A stretch of 40,528 nucleotides of DNA from Roseibacillus sp. (GTDB taxonomy: Bacteria > Verrucomicrobiota > Verrucomicrobiia > Verrucomicrobiales > Akkermansiaceae), in assembly GCA_965242925.1 (NCBI GenBank), contig CBDEUM010000007.1, forward strand, positions 1 to 40,528, given 5' to 3'. Numbering within the stretch: position 1 is the first letter of the stretch; each line of letters opens with the position of its first letter. Below are positions 6,922 through 15,808 of the stretch, piece by piece. Below the pieces are notes generated by a model. The model did no database searches. It was not told the origin of the DNA and was given only the letters and a program-made list of their open reading frames with translations. The translations under genes and the position numbers were made by a program.

Positions 6922-9854
6922 GGCAGGGTGGTGTTCTGCGGTTGGATGAGGTTGACCGGATCAATCGCCCGTCCGGGATCCCCGAGGAGGATGGTTTCGA
7001 AATCATCCCAGTCCATGCGTTCGGCGGGCGGCCAGAACCGGCGGGCGGTAATGGCGTCGATCACACCTTCCGCACATTTCATGGCGGCAGTCAGGAGAGT
7101 CCCGTCGAGATCCTCCCACAGTTCGAGGGCGACTTCGGACTTGGCCCGGCCGAGGATGGCATATCCGGCCACCACCGGTTCCTGGCAACCCCTGGCGCGG
7201 AGAGCAAGGAGATAGAGGGGAAGTTGCAGGTCTATCCAGCGCTGCATTCGTTTTCCCTCGGGGACCATTATCCAGGGCGCCAGCTGCGAGGGGTTCTCGT
7301 GGTTGCGCAGGTTGCGCAGATGCGCGCCGCGGGGGTCCTTGAGTTTCCCGGTTTTGAAGTCGATAACACGCAACGATTCATCGGACGATTGCCGTTCAAT
7401 GCGGTCAATCGTTCCGGTGATGTGAATGCCATTGACGATCCAGGGAGCGTCCTCGGAATCGAGGTCACTTTCGGAATCCAGAATCTGCCATCCCTGCTTC
7501 CGCTGGTCGGCCTCGATGGAGGCCCACCATTTGAGGCGCTGGCGGGCGCTCTCGCGCTGGACGAGGATTGGAACGGGAAGGTCTTCGCCGTATTTGCGGG
7601 TGACGATGGTATCAAGGGTATCCTGGAAGAACTCCGCGATCTCCTCGTGATGATCGCTGTCGCGAATGACGTGGGCGGCGAATTCTTCCACCACTTGGTG
7701 GCAGAGGGTGCCGAAGTCGCGGGCATCCAGTTCAACGGGAGGCCCCTCGTCCAGCTCCATGCCGAGGCCCCGCCGCAGGTAAAAGCGAAAGGGGCAACTC
7801 AGGTAATCCCGGAAGCCAGTGACAGGGAGGCGCGTGAAGATGCGCATGGAATCGTCTGGTGGGGGCGGGGTCAGCTGCCAGGTGAGCGACCAGGGAGGTG
7901 CTTCCCGAGGTCTGGGTTCTTTCTGAAAAAAGGCCTGGACCCGGTCGGCAAGTTGTTCGGGGGGACAGGCAAAGAGGAGGCGGGAAGGTCGGAGCGGATC
8001 CCCACTTCCGCTGCGCCGTCCGAAGAGGAGATCGATCTTTCTTCCCTGGTTGCTTCGACAGGCCAGAAGTGAGCTCAGAATGTAGGCGTCGCGGGCGTGC
8101 CGGGTTTCATTGTGACGAAGGCCTAGGAAGCGGCGGGCCCCGTCCGGGAGGAAGGCGTGCCCCTTCAGGGATTCGGGGACGAATCCGTCATTCAGTCCGG
8201 CGACCACGAGATGGGAGGCGTCCTCCCAGGGCAGTTCGAGCCAGCCCTGAAGGTCGAGGGCATCCGGTTTGCGCTCCGGGTAGATTGATTCCTGTTCAAG
8301 GAGGTGCAGTAGGAAGCGCAGCCGGTTGGGAAAGGAGGCGGCGCATTCAAGATCCTTGAGGAGACCGGCTTCGAAGCTGTCGAGGATGTCGTGCAGGAGC
8401 CGGGTAGTGGAGGCGAAGGCTTCGTCGAAGGAGTCGGTGGGATCGAATTTGGCTTCGGCGTAGAGGTGGTCAAGGAATTCGGGGAGAATTTCCCAGATGC
8501 GTTCACGCTCAAAGCGTCGCAGCCAGGTCTGGATCCACGAGAGAGCACGACTCAAGGCCGGGTAGGAGTGATCGCAGCTTCGAATGATGTGGTCCGCGGC
8601 GTCGAGCGAGTCAGGAAGATGTCTGCGCTGGAAGTCGTCCAGGGCGGTCAGCATGTCGGCGGGATCGAAGGCGGGCCGATCCTCGCGGGCCTGCCAGTCG
8701 CACACCTGGCGGACCACTCCGGGGATGCGGAGCAGGTCGAGGAAAAGGAGGAAGGAATCAGAAACGGCGAGGCGGTGGAGGGTGTGGAGGAGATTCGCCA
8801 GGGCCTGGGTGGAGGCTTTCTCCCCGGCCGGGTTGAAGGTGGCCTGTCCCCGGGCTGCGAAGACCTCTTCCAGGGGAAGGAGCAGTTCGGGATCAGGGAC
8901 CCCAATGGCGGTCACGCTGGACAGGTTGTCCCTGGTGCCGACAAGGGCGGTGATGCGTTCGGCCTGGGTTTGTGGATCAATGGCCTGGTGGACGTTCTGG
9001 TGAAGATTGGGAATCTCGATGGGGTGCTCGAGCCAGTAGGCGGTCCGGGGACGACCGAATTCATCGAAACTTTCAGCAAGGGACTCCGGGGCATGAATCA
9101 CGACTTCGCAGCGCAATCTGCCGCCATGGTGCCGGAGGGTCCTGCAGAATAGAGGGGATGGATCGGGCACGCCGAGGATGACGACGGTGTCGATCCGGGG
9201 AGGCAGAACCCCCTCGGTGGCGGCCCGGAGACGAAGATCCTGCGGGTCCATGCGGTTGCGGGTGGAGAAAAAGTGACGGGTGATGCGCTCAAGACGGGAG
9301 AGTCCCTCCCAGCGTTGAGGCTCCAGTCCCTCCGCCGCCATTTCGGTGGCTGCGGTCTGCATGGTGAGGGCAGCATCACCCAGCAGGTTCTGCACCCCGA
9401 TCAGATCGTCTGCCGTGTAGAGAGCCCAGCCCAGGCTGCGTTCCCCGGGATCGATGGGAAAGACGTGGCGGAACTCATCGAGGTTGATGGTGAGAAGGGT
9501 CTCGGTCCACGCTGCCGCCACCTCGGCCCGCGTGGCTACTGCCTTGTCGAGGGCCGGGAGACAGCTGGCGGAAAGGAGGAAATCCGGAGTGACGACGGTG
9601 GGAGGGAGGACTGCGGCATCACGGGTGGAAGCGTGCAGGGCGAGCGAGGAACGCAGGCGTCGGCCGGCCTGTCTGGTGGGGACGACCACCAGGTGATTGC
9701 TGAGGTCGAGGGTGCCGTTGGTCCATTCACGAGTGAGGCTCTCGACGGCGAGGGTGAGAAGCGGGCGCTCCCAACCGAGAAAGGTGCGGACGATCTCCGC
9801 ATTGCTGGTGACCGGTTTGTTTTCGAAGAGGGGAAGGTCGAATTGGTCGCTCAT
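6918..9854 (-). CDS. addB: helicase/nuclease subunit B (AddB/RexB-like, PD-(D/E)XK nuclease)
   Basis: 4-bp overlap with addA; VVVPTRQAG; YLSCPFRFYL; GTLCHQVVE; GTIDRIE...VIDFKTG; LQLPLY. Confidence 0.85.
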   Translation of the reverse strand: MSDQFDLPLFENKPVTSNAEIVRTFLGWERPLLTLAVESLTREWTNGTLDLSNHLVVVPTRQAGRRLRSSLALHASTRDAAVLPPTVVTPDFLLSASCLPALDKAVATRAEVAAAWTETLLTINLDEFRHVFPIDPGERSLGWALYTADDLIGVQNLLGDAALTMQTAATEMAAEGLEPQRWEGLSRLERITRHFFSTRNRMDPQDLRLRAATEGVLPPRIDTVVILGVPDPSPLFCRTLRHHGGRLRCEVVIHAPESLAESFDEFGRPRTAYWLEHPIEIPNLHQNVHQAIDPQTQAERITALVGTRDNLSSVTAIGVPDPELLLPLEEVFAARGQATFNPAGEKASTQALANLLHTLHRLAVSDSFLLFLDLLRIPGVVRQVCDWQAREDRPAFDPADMLTALDDFQRRHLPDSLDAADHIIRSCDHSYPALSRALSWIQTWLRRFERERIWEILPEFLDHLYAEAKFDPTDSFDEAFASTTRLLHDILDSFEAGLLKDLECAASFPNRLRFLLHLLEQESIYPERKPDALDLQGWLELPWEDASHLVVAGLNDGFVPESLKGHAFLPDGARRFLGLRHNETRHARDAYILSSLLACRSNQGRKIDLLFGRRSGSGDPLRPSRLLFACPPEQLADRVQAFFQKEPRPREAPPWSLTWQLTPPPPDDSMRIFTRLPVTGFRDYLSCPFRFYLRRGLGMELDEGPPVELDARDFGTLCHQVVEEFAAHVIRDSDHHEEIAEFFQDTLDTIVTRKYGEDLPVPILVQRESARQRLKWWASIEADQRKQGWQILDSESDLDSEDAPWIVNGIHITGTIDRIERQSSDESLRVIDFKTGKLKDPRGAHLRNLRNHENPSQLAPWIMVPEGKRMQRWIDLQLPLYLLALRARGCQEPVVAGYAILGRAKSEVALELWEDLDGTLLTAAMKCAEGVIDAITARRFWPPAERMDWDDFETILLGDPGRAIDPVNLIQPQNTTLP

Positions 9855-9951
9855 CTACGGGTGCCCTGCCGGGTTGGGTCCGGGGAGTTCAAACCACTGG
9901 GCGAATCCCGGAGAGGCGGGATTATTGACGGAAGGCATGGGCGGGCGGGGG

Positions 9952-10476
9952 CTACTTCTTCTTTTCCCTTGAGAGGAGGGGTGCCACCCGTTTTTTCATG
10001 CCTGTGGTGGCGGCCTCGGCGAGGATGTCGTCATCTTTTCTCAGCACGATGATGTATCCCGCGTAGCGCGTGCCGCTGTCGGGTTCTACGTCGAACTGGG
10101 GGCGATCGGGACGGAAGCGATTTTCTCTGATTTCCCGCACTTCGCCCTCCTTCTTGGAGAAGGAATAGGGGGAGGAGGTGACTTCCATTTCTTCCTCGGC
10201 AGGAATGTCAATGAGCTTGGAGCCCCTGCTGATGATGGAAAGTTTGCGGTTGCGGATGTCCCGGGCGATGACGACCCATTCCAGGGTCACTCCCTCGTAG
10301 TCGTCACGGTCGCGGTTATCGATCTCGATCTCCAGCTGGCGTTGGCTCTTGCGGGTGTCACCCTCGCGCTTTGATCCGAGGGTGGAATTCTTCACCTTGA
10401 GTCGGATGTCGGCGGCGCTGGCCTCGGGAGCCAGCAGGCAAATGCCCAGAACCAGCGGGAGTGCGAACGTTTTCAT
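9952..10476 (-). CDS. secreted hypothetical protein (174 aa)
   Basis: MKTFALPLVLGICLLAPEASA signal peptide followed by a beta-rich-looking domain. Confidence 0.7.
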   Translation of the reverse strand: MKTFALPLVLGICLLAPEASAADIRLKVKNSTLGSKREGDTRKSQRQLEIEIDNRDRDDYEGVTLEWVVIARDIRNRKLSIISRGSKLIDIPAEEEMEVTSSPYSFSKKEGEVREIRENRFRPDRPQFDVEPDSGTRYAGYIIVLRKDDDILAEAATTGMKKRVAPLLSREKKK

Positions 10477-10702
10477 GGAAGGGGATGGTATTTGATTTTC
10501 AATGATCTGCAACGACGGATGAGTGGTGGCGGCGAGGGGCGCGATGGCCCGTCCCGAACCGGTTTTCAGTGCGGGGCTCCCCCCTCATTGGTTGTGAGTA
10601 AACCGGAGTGCGCGGGAATTCCGCCCCCCCTCGTATTCTTTTCCGGCAAGATCCGGGCAAGCGAGCTTGTCCTGAATCCATTCCAACGGTTAGCTCGCCG
10701 GG

Positions 10703-12285
10703 ATGAATAAGGTACAACTGCTTTCCACGGTCCTCGTCCTCTGCGCAGGAGTCACGCCCCTGGCCGCCGAGGACTATGAAATGCGTCTCTGCAAGCGGGT
10801 GGAGGTGAAGCCGGGTCAGTTCCGCATGGTGGAATCCATTGAGAAATGGAAGCCCGCGGAGACGGCGGTGATCGTGTGTGACATGTGGGATCTCCATCAC
10901 TGCAAGAACGCCGTGGACCGGGCAGTCCAGATGGCCCCCGCATGAACGAATTGCTCAAGGCCGCCCGGGAGCGCGGATCGCTCATTGTGCACGCACCCTC
11001 ATCCTGCATGGAGTTCTACAAGGATCATCCTGCCCGCAAGCGCGCCCAGTCCGCACCGAAGGCGGGCAACGTGCCCGAGGGAATTGACCAGTGGATGACC
11101 TGGCTCGACGAACGGGAGGAGAAGGCCGGGTATCCCATTGATCATTCCGACGGCGGGGAGGACGACGACCCGCAGGAGCACGCGGCCTGGGCCAAAAAGC
11201 TGGAGAAGATGGGCCGGAATCCGCGGGCCCCGTGGAAGCGCCAGGCAGGAGGACTGGAGATAGATGGGACCAGGGACGCCATTACCGACAACGGCACGGA
11301 GAACTGGAACCTGCTTGAAAACCACGGTGTGAAAAACGTGATCCTGCTGGGGGTGCACACCAACATGTGCGTGCTGGGCCGGCCCTTCGGTCTCCGTCAG
11401 ATGACCAGGAATGGGAAGAATGTGGTGCTCATGCGGGACCTTACCGATACGATGTACAATCCGAAGATGGAGCCCAGGGTGAGCCACTTCCAGGGGACGG
11501 ACCTGATAGTGGAGCATATTGAGAAATATGTCTGTCCCACGGTGACCAGTGACCAGATCCTGGGCGGGGCGCCCTACCGGTTTGCAACCGACCCGCGCAG
11601 GCACATCGTCTTTCTGATCGGGGAGCGGGAGTACCGCACCAAAGAAACGTTGCCCGTCTTTGCTGCGAAGCATCTTTCCTCGGGATTTCGCTGCACTTTT
11701 GTCTTAGCCGACGAGAAGGATCATAACAGGTTTCGGGGCATCGGGGCGATCAGGGATGCGGACGTGCTCTTCGTCAGCGTGCGGCGGCGGGCACTTCCCG
11801 GGGGAGACCTGAAACTCATCCGGGAGCATGTGCAGGCGGGCAAGCCGGTGGTGGGCATCCGGACTGCGAGTCATGCGTTTTCCCTGCGTGGTAAAACCGC
11901 GCCCGAAGGACATGCGGTGTGGGAGAACTGGGACGCCGAGGTGATCGGCGGAAACTACAGCGGCCACCATGGCAACAAGCTGAAAACGAAGGTCTGGTCT
12001 CTGGACGCGGCCAGGCCGCTCCTCGGGCAGAAGGAGCCGGTGCGCTTCGAGAGTGCTGGATCGCTCTACATCAACACGCCCACCCGGCCGGGACAGGAAG
12101 TGCTTCTGATGGGGGGCGTTGATGGCGTTGATCGCGATGAACCGGTGGCCTGGACCTTCAGGCGCAGGGATGGGGGCAGGACGTTCTATACCTCGCTTGG
12201 TCATGTGAGTGATTTCGAGCAGGCAGCCTTCAACGAAATGCTGGTGAAGGCGGTGATGTGGTGCGTGGGAACTCCGGCTGACTAG
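10703..12285 (+). CDS. secreted isochorismatase/nicotinamidase-like hydrolase fused to a ThuA-like domain; interrupted by a 1-nt frameshift at ~10935-10939
   Basis: 10703-10945 encodes a signal peptide plus VIVCDMWD; 10942-12285 encodes GVHTNMCV and a ThuA-like domain (GIRTASHAF, PVAWT, RTFYTSLGH). Adding one C to the C5 run joins them as ...QMAPRMNELL... Confidence 0.8.
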
Positions 12286-12463
12286 AGGGTGGCATCCGGC
12301 GGGGAAGACGCTTTCAGGAAGCCCTGTCCGCCGGATGGTGGGTGCGGATGCCGTGGTGCAGGCTGTCGGATCGCAGGGCCCCGGATCCCCTCTTTACAGG
12401 GCAGAGGCGTTTGTTTTGCACGGTTGACAGAAAGGGCGTGAGGACCGAGTTTTGCGCCCCACC

Positions 12464-13543
12464 ATGAAGAAAGGCATTCTCATTCAGGTTATCGCCCTGG
12501 CGACCCTCAGCACGGGGCTTTCCGCTCAGGATGAACCAGCTCCAGCTCCGGCTCCGGCTCCAGCTCCAGCTCCAGCTCCAGCTCCAGCTCCAGCTCCAGC
12601 TCCAGCTCCAGCTCCAGCTCCAGATTCTGCTCCGGCCCCGGAGCCTACTGATCCTGCGGCGCCTACCCCGACAGATTCTCCCAGTCCGGCCAATCCTCCC
12701 AAGGCGGCTACTCCACCCGTGTCGAAGCCTCCCACGCCTCCCAGTCCCCCCAAGCCCAAGACCCAGCCTGCTCCGGAAGACGTGGCGGCACCACCGGAAG
12801 ATGCGGAGAAAACGGAATCGGGACTGGTCTCCAGGGTGCTGCAGAAGGGAACGGGAACGAGTCATCCGAAGGCTGAGGAGAAGGTGAAAGTTCACTACTC
12901 CGGATGGCAGACGGACGGATACAATTTCGACAGTTCCCTCAACCGCGGCGTTCCCGCGACTTTCGGTCTCAACCAGGTCATCAAGGGTTGGACGGAAGGG
13001 GTGCAGTTGATGATGGAAGGAGAGAAGCGTCGATTCTGGATTCCGGGGGAACTGGCCTATGGCAAGCTGGAAGGGGAGCTTCCGCCGATTGGTGCAGATG
13101 GGAAACGTCCCGGAAGGCCCCTCGGTCAGCTCTGTTTCGACATCGAACTGATCAAGATTCTGCGGCCCCATCCCACCCCGGAGAACCTGACCGCGGCACC
13201 GGAGGATGCTGCCGCCAATCCCTCTGGAGTCGCGACCAAGATCGTCAAGGCCGGAACGGGCGAAGCAAAACCCAAGCCTACGGACAATGTGCAGGTGCAC
13301 TATACGGTTTGGACGAGCGACGGGACGATGGTGGACAGTAGCCTGCCTTCCGAGCGACCGAAGACTCTCCCCCTCAAGCGGACGATCAAGGGTTTTACCG
13401 AGGCCGTGCAGATGATGGTGGAGGGTGAGACCCGCCGCATCTGGGTTCCGCAAAACATGGCCTATGGGGCCACGCCCCCACCAACGGCTCCCAAGGGGAT
13501 GCTCATCTTCGAAGTCGAATTGCTGAAGATTCTCAGTGACTGA
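12464..13543 (+). CDS. FKBP-type peptidyl-prolyl cis-trans isomerase with two FKBP domains and a Pro/Ala-rich N-terminal linker
   Basis: Signal peptide; VKVHYSGW...FDSS...VIKGWTEGVQLM...WIPGELAYG; second copy VQVHYTVW...IKGFTEAVQMM...AYG...LIFEVELL. TTGACA at 12424-12429 upstream. Confidence 0.92.
   Translation: MKKGILIQVIALATLSTGLSAQDEPAPAPAPAPAPAPAPAPAPAPAPAPAPAPDSAPAPEPTDPAAPTPTDSPSPANPPKAATPPVSKPPTPPSPPKPKTQPAPEDVAAPPEDAEKTESGLVSRVLQKGTGTSHPKAEEKVKVHYSGWQTDGYNFDSSLNRGVPATFGLNQVIKGWTEGVQLMMEGEKRRFWIPGELAYGKLEGELPPIGADGKRPGRPLGQLCFDIELIKILRPHPTPENLTAAPEDAAANPSGVATKIVKAGTGEAKPKPTDNVQVHYTVWTSDGTMVDSSLPSERPKTLPLKRTIKGFTEAVQMMVEGETRRIWVPQNMAYGATPPPTAPKGMLIFEVELLKILSD
12536..12622 (+). repeat. 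hexanucleotide microsatellite (CCAGCT/CCGGCT) x14 encoding (PA)14P
   Basis: 12 CCAGCT plus 2 CCGGCT units; the last 10 units are identical. Confidence 0.95.
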
Positions 13544-13646
13544 GTTTTCCTGAAGAGGGAATTGCTGTGCCCGTTGCCAGCGGTGGAGACTGAAGCGTCT
13601 TCCGCGAGGCATTGCCGTCGGGTTTCTCCTCAGGTCGGGTTCTGGA

Positions 13647-13847
13647 TCAGTTCTCCCCGGTAGCCTCAGCGCGTGCCTTGCGGAGGGACTCTTCCCGTTT
13701 GTTCCACTTGAGGACCTTGCTCATCTTGTGGCCGACGGTTTCGATGGTGATGTGGTTCCTGACGTGGGGGAGCTCCCAGACGGTCAGAAAAGCTCCGGTG
13801 TGGGCCACTCCGAGCACCAGCAGGAGGGAGAAAAGGAGAGATTTCAT
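13647..13847 (-). CDS. small secreted/membrane-anchored hypothetical protein (66 aa)
   Basis: MKSLLFSLLLVLGVAHTGA hydrophobic N-terminus; AT-rich promoter-like region immediately upstream. Confidence 0.5.
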   Translation of the reverse strand: MKSLLFSLLLVLGVAHTGAFLTVWELPHVRNHITIETVGHKMSKVLKWNKREESLRKARAEATGEN

Positions 13848-14239
13848 GATTGGAGGAATTTGAGCGGATGGAATTATTACACAAAAAATGGAATAAATCA
13901 AATATCCCGTAATTTTAGGTAAACTTATAGAAATCCACGGAATCCCAATGAAATCAGGGATTCACGGGAGGAGAAGGGCTGCTGAACATTCAGCCGTCCA
14001 AGGCGTGCCCGTGATTCCTTAGGCGTTCGCGATCCCTTAGCCCTGCTTCTCACCTTGGGACTGGAGATCCTGAAAAGAGCGTGAGGATGGGGTAAACGCA
14101 GGGCGCACGTTCAGAGGGGGGCGGTTGGAAAGAGAACGGATGCTCGGACCCGTTGCTCCGGCCACCCTTTACAAGAAGGCCGAGGCCGGGAAAGATCCGG
14201 GTCTGTGGAAGAAGGCCAAGGCCGGGTGATCTGAAATCG

Positions 14240-15745
14240 ATGGGAAGCGCGTCTCCATCCGACTCCTCCCCGCTCCTCGAGATGCGGGGGATCGACAAAT
14301 CATTTCCGGGGGTCCAGGCCCTGAGGGGAGTGGATTTGACTCTTCAATCCGGCGAGGTTCTCGCCCTGCTGGGAGAAAATGGAGCCGGCAAGAGTACCCT
14401 GATCAAGATTCTCGGGGGCGCCCACGCCCCGACGGCGGGGAGCGTGCTGGTGAAGGGCGAACCGGCGGATCTCTCCACGCCGCACATGAGCCAGGCCGCC
14501 GGGATCGGAATCATTTACCAGGAGTTCAATCTGGTGCCTCATCTCAGCGCCCGCGAAAACATCTTCCTGGGGCAGGAGAAAGCGAAAGGGGGATTCATCG
14601 ATGTCCGGGAAGAGCGTCGCCAGGCCCTGAAGCTCTTCGAGCGCCTGGGGACGGTGATCGACCCGGAGTTGCGCTGTGCCGACATGTCCGTGGCCCAGCA
14701 GCAGGTGGTTGAGATCGCCAAGGCCCTCTCGCAGGATGCGCGGATCCTGGTGATGGATGAACCGAGTGCGACTCTCACTCCCCAGGAAGTGGAGCGTCTG
14801 CTTGAAATTGTGCGTGAACTGCGGGATCAGGGACTGGGCATCATTTATATCAGCCACCGGTTGGAGGAGGTCCATCAGATTGCGGATCGCATCATGGTCC
14901 TGCGGGACGGCGAGCAGGTAGGGACGAAGCCGGCAGGTGAGCTCGACCGGGAAGCCCTCATCGAGTTGATGGTGGGCCGCAAACTGGAAAATGAGTTTCC
15001 GGTCCACACTTCGCAGCTTGGGGAGGAGCGCCTGGTGGTGACCGGCCTGAGGCGTGGCTCCGTGGTGAAGGATGTGTCGTTCTCGGTCAGGGCCGGGGAG
15101 ATTCTGGCTGTGACCGGCCTGGTGGGAGCGGGGCGGACCGAAATGGTGCGCCTGCTCTTCGGGGCGGACCGACCGGACGGGGGCTCGATCATCCTCGATG
15201 GCCGGTCGCTCCACCTGCCCAGTCCACGCCATGCCATCCGGGCCGGGATCGGATTGCTCACCGAGGATCGCAAGGGCCAGGGATTGGTCCTCATCCACTC
15301 GGTCCGGGAGAATTTCGGGCTGCCCAATCTCGGGCAATTCACCCGGGGTGGATTCGTGAACAGCAGGAAGGAGCGCAAGGGATTCGGGAGCTTCGTGGAT
15401 TCGCTCCGGATCAAGATTCCGCACCAGGAGGAGCTGGCACAGAATCTCTCGGGTGGGAACCAGCAGAAGGTGGTGCTCGCCAAGTGGCTGCAACGGAACT
15501 GCGAGGTCATCATCTTTGACGAGCCCACCCGGGGTATCGACGTGGGTGCGAAATACGAGATCTACCTGCTCATCCAGGAACTGGCCACCCAGGGAAAGGC
15601 CATCATCATGATCAGTTCGGAATTGCCCGAGGTTCTCGGGATGGCTGACCGGGTGCTCGTCATGCACGAGGGACGGGTGACCGGTGAGATCACCGACGTG
15701 AAGGGCGCCACCCAGGAGGATATCATGAACCTGGCGGTGGCCTGA
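14240..15745 (+). CDS. rbsA: sugar ABC transporter ATP-binding protein (CUT2, RbsA-like)
   Basis: Two ABC domains: GENGAGKSTL, MSVAQQQVVEI, MDEPS; GLVGAGRTE, LSGGNQQKV, FDEPTRGIDVGAK. Confidence 0.88.
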   Translation: MGSASPSDSSPLLEMRGIDKSFPGVQALRGVDLTLQSGEVLALLGENGAGKSTLIKILGGAHAPTAGSVLVKGEPADLSTPHMSQAAGIGIIYQEFNLVPHLSARENIFLGQEKAKGGFIDVREERRQALKLFERLGTVIDPELRCADMSVAQQQVVEIAKALSQDARILVMDEPSATLTPQEVERLLEIVRELRDQGLGIIYISHRLEEVHQIADRIMVLRDGEQVGTKPAGELDREALIELMVGRKLENEFPVHTSQLGEERLVVTGLRRGSVVKDVSFSVRAGEILAVTGLVGAGRTEMVRLLFGADRPDGGSIILDGRSLHLPSPRHAIRAGIGLLTEDRKGQGLVLIHSVRENFGLPNLGQFTRGGFVNSRKERKGFGSFVDSLRIKIPHQEELAQNLSGGNQQKVVLAKWLQRNCEVIIFDEPTRGIDVGAKYEIYLLIQELATQGKAIIMISSELPEVLGMADRVLVMHEGRVTGEITDVKGATQEDIMNLAVA

Positions 15746-15808
15746 CAGGTGGCAGACGCCCCGGAGGCCGGCTGGACTCCGTCATCCCGGGAAGGATTGA
15801 TGACCCTG

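Noticed and set aside
12536..12622. CRISPR-like array
   Set aside because: Contiguous hexamers without spacers, in frame within a CDS; no cas genes.
13850..13960. Mobile-element end or insertion site
   Set aside because: No transposase or integrase, terminal inverted repeats or target duplication; better explained as a promoter region.
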